Source: Octopus vulgaris
Lineage: Eukaryota
Length of the DNA stretch: 64,000 nucleotides
Assembly (NCBI GenBank): GCA_951406725.2
Contig: OX597822.1
Span: 64,170,001 to 64,234,000 of the forward strand
Direction of reading: 5' to 3'
The notes under the pieces were generated by a model. It made no database searches. It was not told where the DNA came from and saw only the letters and a program-made list of their open reading frames with translations. The position numbers and the translations under genes are program-made. Numbering within the stretch: the stretch's first letter is position 1; each line of letters starts with the position of its first letter. Shown here one piece after another: positions 53,295 to 64,000 of the stretch.

Positions 53295-53488
53295 ATCCAA
53301 ACAAGAAAACACAAAAAAACACAGCAACGCGAGGACGTGGAACAAATAAAGTATTATTGGACGCCCAGGAAAGAAGAAGGAGGGTTTAACGTTTCGAGCG
53401 GAGCTCTTCGTCGGAAACAAAGGAGAAGGAAAGATCCCGAGAAGGGAGGACAGAGGAAAAAAATTGCTGGCGGTGCTCACGGGGTCAC
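53290..53488 (-). mobile_element. (TA)n-flanked element with minimal hammerhead (53384-53418, U4C)
   Basis: GTTT-CCGACGA-A-GAGC-TCC-GCTC-GAAA-CG-TT-AAAC. Confidence 0.75.
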
Positions 53489-53599
53489 ATGTATATATAT
53501 ATACATACATACACACACATACATACATACCTATCTATCTATTTATCTATCTATCTCTCTATCTATCTATACACATGGACACATATCATGGACATATCA

Positions 53600-53981
53600 T
53601 GGCACTCCGTCAGTTACGACGACGAGGGCTCCAGTTGATCCGATCAACGGAACACCCTGCTGGTGAAATTAACGTGAAAGTAACTGAGCACTCCACAGAC
53701 ATGTGTACCATTAACGTAGTTCTCGGGGAGATTCAGCGTGACACAGAGTGTGACAAGGTCGGCCCTTTGAAATACATGTACAACTGAAACAGGAAGGAAG
53801 AGTGAGAGAAAGTTGTGGTGAAAGAGTACATCAGGGTTCGCCAGCACCACCTGCCGGAGCCTCGTGGAACTTTAGGTGTTTTCAGTCAATAAACACTTAC
53901 AACGCCCGGTCTGGGAATACGAAACCGCGAACCTACCACCGCAAGTCCGCTGCGCTAACCAGTAGACCATTGCACCTCCAC
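53600..53981 (-). mobile_element. SINE family D, full length
   Basis: Reverse complement of 36182-36561. Confidence 0.9.
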
Positions 53982-54759
53982 TACATGCACACATATACAT
54001 ATATATACATACATACATACATACATACATACATACATACATACATACATACATACATACATACATAAAACTTACAAATCTGCAGATACATACATACAAC
54101 ATACATACATTCAACATACATACATACATACAACATACATACATACATACATACATACATACATAAAACTTACAAATCTGCAGATACATACATACAACAT
54201 ACATACATTCAACATACATACATACATACAACATACATACATACATACATACATACATACATACATACATACATACATACATACATACAGGCATACACAC
54301 ATACATACAACACACACACATACATACATACATACATACATACAACATACATACATACAACATACATACATACAACATACATACATACATACATACAACA
54401 TACATACATAAATACATACATACATAAACACATACATACATACATATGTATACAGACTTATATGTAAATATATTCGTGTACGTATAAACCGACATGTTCA
54501 TAATATACTTGTTTACCCCCAGAAGGGAGACTAAACCATTTTTCCTAAATTTCGCTGTTTATGTTACCCTACCCCCCCACCAGTATACACATAACATAAC
54601 TATAACCATAACTATGTATGTATACGTGTGTGCGCTCGTGCACGAGCGGATCGTGCGCGCGTTTGCATGTACATACATTGACACACGCCCACACACACAT
54701 ATATATGTATATATGTATGGATGTACGGATGATTGTATATGTGTGTGTGTATGTGTGTG

Positions 54760-54808
<49 letters not shown>

Positions 54809-55203
54809 TGTGTAATAAGCTAGACGTAGGCAACTTTCACTGACGAGCCAAAATGGCGTCGACAAGTCATTGAAGCAGGAGACTGTACTGAATGGTGTTA
54901 GCAAAGAGAGATGCTCGTTCCAGTGAGTTCCTTGCTACCGCCCCCCCCCCGACGCCCCGCCCCATCTTTCTTTGACGCCGCCAAAACATAACATGCTACT
55001 TCCTATCATACTCTTCAACAACAGCAACAACAGGACGACAAAAACAACAACAATTATAACAACATTAATTATACAACATTAAACACATCATCATTATTGT
55101 TGCTGTTCTTCGTCTTTTTCATCTCTATCATGTATGTGTGTTTATATGTATGTGTATACATACAGTGTATGTATGTATGTATGTATGTATGTATGTATGT
55201 ATG

Positions 55204-55235
<32 letters not shown>

Positions 55236-55312
55236 ATAATAATTTAATAAGTAAAATATATGCATACATACATACATGTATGTACGTACCTACATCTACA
55301 TGTATATATACA

Positions 55313-55380
<68 letters not shown>

Positions 55381-55552
55381 TATATGTATGTATGTGTAAT
55401 ACCGAACCAAGGACTTAGTATTTCTAATTCTAATATATATCTATGTATGTGTGTTATATATATATACATATATGTATGTATGTTTGTATATATATATGTA
55501 TGTATATCTATGTGTGTGTGTGTGTCTGTATGTATGCATATATATGACTATG

Positions 55553-55584
<32 letters not shown>

Positions 55585-55892
55585 GAGAGAGAAAGATACA
55601 TATATAGATAGATAAATATACATATACATATACATGTGTATATATTTATTAATTTATATTTATATACTGCTCTATTCCCTTTATTTTACAGAATAGCTCC
55701 CATCCCCCACTCAAATTAGAGGCTATAATTTATGCCAGATAGATTCGTGGGTTCGTTCCTCGTCAGTGGAACTAAAATTGCCGCTTCTCATATATCTAAT
55801 TGCATTTACATAATTAATATCCTCACAGTTAATTCTTTACGCATTAGTCGTTTGAATTTGATCTGCAACCACCTCTACATCTTGAATAATAA

Positions 55893-56402
<510 letters not shown>

Positions 56403-56840
56403 TAATGATGATGATGATGATGACGATTCTGCCAGCTCACCGCATTTCTAACCAACGACGTTTCTAACCAACAGAACTGCCTCCTCGCAAAATTAACATG
56501 CAAGTGGCTGAGCATTCCACAGACACGTGTACCCTTAACGTAGTTCTCAGGGAGATTCAGTATGATACAAAAAGTGACAGGCTGACCCTTTGAATTATAG
56601 GCACGGCTCATTTTTGCCAGGTGAATGGATTGGAGCAATGAGAAATAAAGCGTCTTGCTCAAGGACACAACGTGTTGTTGAGTATCGAACTCACGACCTT
56701 GAGCCGAATACCGTAACTTCTAAACCACGCATCTTTACACGGGGCTCGAAAGAAGAAAAAAATACTAACTTCAAACTGCCGCACCTTGGAACTGAACTCA
56801 AGTAGTTGCAAAGCGAGCTTCTTAAACAATACAACCTTAC

Positions 56841-56891
56841 CTGCATCTGTGTACCCATTCCACGTACGCTTTCTCGACACTTAACATCAAA
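56841..56891 (-). CDS. Candidate small exon, possibly start-bearing, upstream of 46116-46215
   Basis: CTTCCTTTTTAG acceptor and CAG|GTAAGG donor. MLSVEKAYVEWVHRC plus a phase-2 end that matches the 46215 exon. Confidence 0.35.
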
Positions 56892-57469
56892 CTAAAAAGG
56901 AAGTCACTTAATAATTTCACTTCATTATTTTCAATTTCCTTTTCCGGCCGTTTGTAATCCACCAGAGCGAGGCTTTATCTTTATATCAGCTTTCAATGAC
57001 GTTGGACATATTGAAGTTAAAGGCGCTTAGTAAAGATTTCCACACTCGTTGGATCACTTTTACACGACTGTCGTTGCCCACAGCGATAAATTACATCACC
57101 CTGTAGTAATTACACGCAGTCGAGTCGTCTCAACTGGAAATACCACAAACCACGGCTCACTCAGCTGGTTGTCCAAAGCTAAACAGTTCAAACATCCACG
57201 TCCTCTGTTGATAACAGTAATCTAATATTTATTATCTGCGCATACACGCACACATAGTGTCATGTGAAACTGCAATTGGTCACGTTGTCGCTACCTAGAG
57301 TTCCTCACTGTGACACGTTGTTGCTACCCAGAGTTCCTCACTATGTGTAATATTCGTTCTTATGTGAGAAAGGTGTATTATCTATTGATCGCCCGAAAGA
57401 TCGTATGCTGCGACGAAGTGAATAGTTATCATAATAGTCCGTGATTAAACTCTACTACATATATCGAAT

Positions 57470-57681
57470 ACGGGAATCCTTCGCCATATCGTGGTTCACT
57501 TATCGCGGTTTATTATTTAATCTTTCGTCGATTCCTCCGTGGTGTTGTTTTGCATTTATAATAAGAAAAATTATTCACAAATGATAAAAATATAAAGTAC
57601 AATACTGTTTTTAGTTCGTGGATTTTCACCTATCGCGGGGAGTTTTGGAACGTAACACTCGCGATAGTCGATGGATTACTA
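57470..57681. mobile_element. Tc1/mariner (pogo/Tigger-like) MITE, decayed
   Basis: GAATCCTTCGCCATATCG... / ...CGCGATAGTCGATGGATTACT inverted ends. Confidence 0.55.
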
Positions 57682-58036
57682 TACCTTTCCCTCACGTGTA
57701 TTGCCAAACGTGTGTGTGTGTGTGAGTGTGTGTGTGTTTGTGTATGCGTGTGTGTGTGTGTATGTGTGTGTGTGTGTGTGTGTGAGAATGTGTTTGTGTG
57801 CACGCATATAGATATTCTTTTATTCTTTCACTTGCTTCGGTCATCTGACTGTGGCCATGCTGGAGCACCGCCTTCAGGAGAACAAATGGACCGGAGAACT
57901 TATTCTTTATAAGCCTTGTACTTGTTCTATTGTTCTCTTTTGTCGAACCGCTAGCTAACGTGAGCATAAACTCACCAACATCGGTTGTCAAGTGACGGTG
58001 GGGGGACAAACACAGACACGCAAACATATACATATA

Positions 58037-58095
<59 letters not shown>

Positions 58096-58329
58096 ATATG
58101 AGAAACGAAGATAAATATAAGTTTATATTATAGTCCCCAGGCGCGTTTCCCCATTATGGTTGTTTGGAGCCCTGCAATATGTGTTTCTTGTGTATTTAGG
58201 GGACAAAATTCAAAGAATGTGCACCTCATTCCCATAATGGACCTCTTCGACACCTATTTTATTTGGGTGGACCCTCATAGCCAGTCGATGTTTAAAAGAG
58301 ACCTCATTGTATATCTATAATTAATTATT

Positions 58330-58535
58330 CTCTTTAACTCTTTTACTTGTTTCAGTCATTTGACTGTGGCCATGCTGGAGCACCGCCTTTTAGTCGAGCA
58401 AATCGACCCCAGGACTTACTCTTTGTAAGCCTAGTACTTATTCTATCGGTTTCTTTTGCCGAACCGCTAAGTTACGGGGATGTAAACACACCAGAATCGG
58501 TTGTCAAGCGATGTTGGGGGTCAAACACAGACACA

Positions 58536-58603
<68 letters not shown>

Positions 58604-58762
58604 CATATATACGACGGGCTTCTTTCAGTTTCCGTCTACCAAATCCACTCACAATGATTTGGTCGGCCCGAGGCTATAGTAGAAGACACTTGCCCAAGGT
58701 GCCACGCAGTGGGACTGAACCCGGAACCATGGTAAACCAGCTACTTACCACACAGCCACTCC
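58330..58762 (-). mobile_element. SINE family A, full length (another tail at 57815-58020)
   Basis: Complete head and tail. Confidence 0.9.
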
Positions 58763-58829
58763 TAAATTATTAAGAATTTATAGATATATGAGAGAGTCGT
58801 CATACAAAGAGCTGAGTGTATCGATATCG

Positions 58830-59265
58830 TATCTTTCAAATTCCAGTGACATTTATATAGCGCGCTTCTGTTTAATCAGTATCTCTTCTGCCTAGCATTC
58901 TTCCAATGTTCCATTGAACCAGATAATGCTACAATTCCCTGCATCCTAATGCATTTTTATTTCTGTCTTGTTCAGAGTAAAGACAGCCACCCCATCGCTT
59001 GGTAACCTGGACGACGTTGGACCCGTCACACTTTGACTTATGGCCATTATTTGGTATGATTGCTTGTAAGGAATTCAAGTGCAAGCACATTGGCGTCAGA
59101 AGTAACACCTTGTCAGGGCACTCACTATTGTATGCACCATGGATAAGGAAGACTGAAAACATCCACAACGTGGACGTATCTCGGCTCATTTGAGGATTTG
59201 CCACAAAGTAGCAGCTTGTCGGTACTGGATAGACATTGAGACTTACAGTCAACTGGACAACTTAG
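58830..59265 (-). pseudogene. Probable RTE-like LINE 3' fragment, heavily decayed
   Basis: Partial motifs only (..RVQRRPGYQAMGWL.., LWQILK). Confidence 0.4.
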
Positions 59266-59402
59266 GAAAATGGCGTTCAACGACTTTTTTTTTGTCTTTT
59301 CCTATGGACCTCTTTGATACTTATTTTTTACGCGGGAGGACCCTCGTAGTCTTTCGATAATCAAAGGGAACTTTATTGTGTATATTTATAATTTAAATAT
59401 TA

Positions 59403-59489
59403 CAGTTCTATATTCAAGGATATGGCGTAGTGGTTAAGAGCGCGGGCTGCTAATTATGAGTTCTACTCCAGGCAGTGACCTGAATGATG

Positions 59490-59548
<59 letters not shown>

Positions 59549-59573
59549 TAATAATGATAATAATAATAATAAC

Positions 59574-59608
<35 letters not shown>

Positions 59609-59665
59609 GCTGAAACTAGAATCAATCAATCAATAATAATAATAATGATAATAATAATAATAATG

Positions 59666-59725
<60 letters not shown>

Positions 59726-59743
59726 GTAATAATAATAATAATG

Positions 59744-59792
<49 letters not shown>

Positions 59793-59852
59793 GCTGAAAC
59801 TAGAATCAATCAATCAATAATAATAATAATAATGATAATAATAATAATAATG

Positions 59853-59900
<48 letters not shown>

Positions 59901-59918
59901 GTAATAATAATAATAATG

Positions 59919-59988
<70 letters not shown>

Positions 59989-60147
59989 TAACAACATCGA
60001 AAAATACCTTAGGAATGAGAACCCAGGTTCGAAATTTCCTCAAGACACCTGACGAAGGCTGGAAGGTATATCAGCCGAAACGTTGTGTTAGCAACAAATG
60101 AGATGAGGACAAATATCCGTCAAATGTAAATAATGTAAATAATGTAA
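59403..60147 (+). mobile_element. Composite tRNA-head/(AAT)n/hammerhead element, copy 3, inside a decayed hAT-like MITE
   Basis: Inverted tail stub 59403-59418, head 59420-59483, (AAT)n, intact HHR 60044-60089. TSD TTAAATATTA at 59393-59402 and 60148-60157. Confidence 0.85.
60044..60089 (+). ncRNA. Minimal type I hammerhead ribozyme
   Basis: GACAC-CTGACGA-A-GGCTG-GAAGGTATAT-CAGCC-GAAA-CG-TT-GTGTT. Confidence 0.8.
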
Positions 60148-60916
60148 TTAAATATTATTAGGAATTGTAGAAAAAATATTGGAATATTTTGTGTATTGTA
60201 GAAGTACGAGAACCAATTTAATGAACATAAATTTTAAGAACCACATCTTGTATGGACTCCAGTTGAGAGCCACTGACCTAGAAGATGAAGAATATATCTG
60301 CGTGGCGGATTTATTTTTCTTCCCTTAGGGTTTCCAATAACCACACGCATTAGCACGTAGACCTGGCTATGTTGCTCGTTTATCCACTGCTAACGGCCCG
60401 ACCTCATTCAGGTTGTATTGGCTTACACGATTACTTGTAGTTGATCTCTATCTAGAGATATATATGATCTTAATTGTCTGTGACTTCTCCACTTCAAAAT
60501 CCCCTCGATATTTATATACACTATATTCTTCTTACATCTCTTTCTTGGTCTACCTCTTTCTCTCTTTCAATCTCTTCCTCTGGCCTTCCCCTGCAAAGTT
60601 ATGAATAGCTACCCCCGGCAAGCTACGGATTAGTTATAACCTCCTGTCAACCCTTACGACCACATGTGACCTAGCAACACCATACCCACATTACTACCAT
60701 CACCACCACCACCACCACCACCACAAATACACGTAAATCTCGAAAGCTCCTGACACAGAACAAGATATGTCACACTATGTAGCGTTATAGACACAGCCGT
60801 CACACAGAACCACCCAGAATACCTTCCCACACAACACCCTCCTCATATTTCTACATTTGAGTAGACAATCTTATGCGAAGCCCCTCCTTCTATACACTCA
60901 CATACACACATGTACA

Positions 60917-60966
<50 letters not shown>

Positions 60967-61163
60967 TGTGTCTGAATAGACCTATATATATACATATAGA
61001 CATATATGCACACACACACGTATACTCATACGCACCCATATGGGTGTCTTTGAGTGTACCTATCTATAAATTCATATCTGTATATATGTATGTACATATA
61101 TTCATACATGCATACATACACACATACATAGATACATACATAGATACATACATATATACATAG

Positions 61164-61231
<68 letters not shown>

Positions 61232-61239
61232 GTATGTAT

Positions 61240-61402
61240 AGTCGTAGGAGTGGCTGTGTGGTAAGTAACTTGCTTACCAACCACATGGTTCCGAGTTCAG
61301 TACCACTGCGTGACACCTTGGGATAGTGTCTTCTACTATAGCCTCGGGCCGACCAAAGCCTTGTGAGTGGATTTGGTAGAAAGAAACTGAAAGAAGCCCA
61401 TC

Positions 61403-61480
<78 letters not shown>

Positions 61481-61719
61481 GTGTATGTGTGTGTATATAT
61501 ATTTATGTGTCTGTGTTTGTCCCCCCAAACCGCTTGACAACCGATGCTCGTGTGTTTACGTCCCCGTAACTTAGCGGTTCGGCAAAAAGAGACCGATAGA
61601 ATAAGTACAAGGCTTACAAAGAATAAGTCCTGGGGTCGATTTGCTCGACTAAAGGCGGTGCTCCAGCATGGCCGCAGTCAAATGACTGAAACAAGTAAAA
61701 GAGCAAAAGAGTAAAAGAG
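61240..61719 (+). mobile_element. SINE family A, full length
   Basis: Complete head, (TA)n and tail with AAAAGAG repeats. Confidence 0.9.
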
Positions 61720-61761
61720 TATACATATGTGCGTGTGTGTGTGTGTGCATATGTTGAGGCT

Positions 61762-61795
<34 letters not shown>

Positions 61796-61906
61796 TACAC
61801 ACACTCATACAAACCCTCAAACACTCACACAGCCTCGCACGCATACGCGCACGCTCACATGTACGCCCACACGTGCGTTCACACGTATGCGCACGTACAC
61901 ATACAT

Positions 61907-61963
<57 letters not shown>

Positions 61964-62402
61964 TACACGTCATATCCAAATATCAATACCGCCTCTTACT
62001 GAGTTTTAAACCTTGTTTGTTAGCTCAGAATTAGGCAGTCTTTTAAGAGTTTGATCAATGAAGCGGGATGAAGTACTTCAAAGTTATTAAAAAAAAAAAA
62101 CCCAACCTCAGTGGGAGTTAAAAGACATTCTTATACAAAGCCCTCAGTCAAGCAATAGAAATATTACATTTATTTCTTGTTTCCTTTCTTTCCTAGAGTT
62201 ATTACTGTTCTTGTTATTGCTGCTGATGTCGTGGTTTTGTTGTTGCTTCAGTGTGTTAGATCTATATCAGTTCTGATATACGAAACCCATGATGAAAGGC
62301 ACTTCGGCTGCGACTATGCTGTAGTCTGTCCTTTCATCTCTTATGAAGGTAGGTGTAATTTTAGGGAGATTTCGTCGCTATTTCTAGCAGGTTGAGCGAC
62401 TA

Positions 62403-62940
62403 CCGTAAATCCTTGAGTATAATCCGCATTTTTTCCCCAAAATTTAAAGGTCAAAATCCCTAGTGCGTACTATATACGAGGTTAAAAATGAAAAATATTT
62501 TCAAAGCAATATCCGAGTCTCTATTTGCTGTCCGGCAATGTTTATTCAGACGCATTTTGTAATGTTTGGCGCGAAAATACCTTAAGCTAAGGTATTTAGC
62601 TTAAGGCAATGAAAGCAATGAAGTCATAAAGGGATCATCCATAACTTGCAGCAAGCAATATTTATTAAAATAAAAGTATTCAGAACGCAGAATAACATAT
62701 AACAAAAACAATTTGCAAACATATTTACATTCCCATATAACAGTTAAGAACATCACCATTATTGTATTACGCATGCGCGGAAGTGTTTGTTCGACTAGGC
62801 GCTGCTGGCTTAATTACGCACGACTCAAGTTAGAGAAGGAGAGCGTATTATACACAAGGTTTATGTTTTTCAGAGAGACAGCCCCCTAAAAATCCCCTGC
62901 ATATTATACTCAAGGGCGGACTATACTCGCAGATTTACGG
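62403..62940. mobile_element. Tc1/mariner-type MITE with TA TSD
   Basis: TA|CCGTAAATCCTTGAGTATAATCCGC ... GCGGACTATACTCGCAGATTTACGG|TA. Confidence 0.8.
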
Positions 62941-63381
62941 TATATAGAGACTTCTGCATTTGATGTATAGCTCAGTGCTCCACAGCTGGTATGCTGTGGC
63001 ACACTGGTGTGTCACGAGACGATGCTAGATGTGCCGCGGTGTAGCCTGAAAATGATTTTTTCTCTATACTTTTAGTTACATTTCTAGTTCAGGATTTGCT
63101 GTTGAATTTTGAAAAGAATATAAGTGTACCGCAAGTGAAAAAAGGTTGTCGTCTCTTACCGTGTAGACCTATGATAAGATATGTTCTAGCCGTGACCATC
63201 CCGCCTGCTTTTCTTCAACGATGATGTATTTGCCGAATTACATTATTCAGAGGGACTTCTCATTTTGGACATAATAAGCTAATGGTTTAATGGTGAGTTA
63301 GCTGCTTTATCTAGCAGATCGTGTGGTGACATAGATGCTCCATCATTGAGTCACTTTTATCCAATTTACTGTTGCTGTTGT

Positions 63382-63520
63382 CTTCTTCTTCTTCTTCTTC
63401 TTCTTCTTCTTCTTCTTCTTCTTCTTCTTCTTCTTCTTCTTCTTCTTCTTCTTCTTCTTCTTCTTCTTCTTCTTCTTCTTCTTCTTCTTCTTCTTCTTCT
63501 TCTTCTTCTTCTTCTTCTTC
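63382..63520. repeat. Pure (CTT)n microsatellite
   Basis: Read directly from the sequence. Confidence 0.97.
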
Positions 63521-63789
63521 CAATCAGGACTCACGCTATTAGCCACAAAGAATAATTTCTAATTCGAGCCTGCTCTAAGCTACTAAGAATGCGTGTGGCA
63601 ACTTGAAGATCCACCCACCACACGCGATAGACTGGCGGTTGTACTGGCGCGAAAGCTACGTTGTTATCCTCATTCCGTAAACGGTGGCTTTTAACGGGTG
63701 GAGAGCTGAACCATCCTGAGGTACAGAGGATTCGCAATCTAGACTAGGGTCTGAAAGTTTACCACACCATAGTGGGTTACACCATGGTT

Positions 63790-64000
63790 CCTCTGCTTTG
63801 TGGCAGAAGTAGGAAGAAAGAGTGAGAAAAAGTTGTGGTGAAAGAGTACAGCGCGGTTCACCTCCCCTCCCCCGCCGGAGCCTCGTGGAACTTAGATGTT
63901 TTTGCTCAATAAACACTCACAATGCCCGGTCTGGGAGTCGAAACCGCGTTCTTACGACCGCGAGTCCGCTGCCCTAACCACTGGGCCATTGCGCCTCCAC
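63790..64000 (-). mobile_element. SINE family D, 5' part
   Basis: Minus GTGGAGGCGCAATGGCCCAGTGGTTAGGGCAGCGGACTCGCGG. Confidence 0.9.

Noticed and set aside
55735-55769. CCA-CTGACGA...GAAT-CTA-TC-TGG on the minus strand
   Set aside because: GAAA is mutated and stem II is weak. Too degenerate to call.
57280-57345. 33-bp direct duplication (also 28-bp x2 at 30965-31025)
   Set aside because: Ordinary slippage duplications with no further structure.

Overview
This is repeat-saturated eukaryotic DNA. The microsatellite density and SINE set look like an octopus/coleoid cephalopod genome, but that is recognised from memory and not verified. Most ORFs in the supplied track are microsatellite read-through. 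Supportable content: about 40 copies or fragments of at least four tRNA-derived SINE families; decayed LINE pieces (RTE, CR1/L2-like, R4/Dong-type RLE); DNA-transposon derivatives (deleted mariner, Merlin-like MITE pair with 8-bp TSDs and TTAGGG repeats, Tc1/mariner and hAT MITEs, Helentron/HINE-like); two Penelope-like element (PLE) GIY-YIG fragments; and a few tentative host exons. The main hidden signal is a dense set of about a dozen type I hammerhead ribozyme (HHR) motifs from several families, in short elements sitting in (TA)n or (AAT)n microsatellites, often with fold-back ends. The most unusual item is a three-copy composite element: tRNA-derived Pol III head + (AAT)n + hammerhead. 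It has TSDs and an inverted copy of its own 3' tail at the 5' end, which suggests a SINE mobilised by Penelope-like rather than LINE machinery. All folds and translations were done by eye, and many repeat boundaries are approximate.
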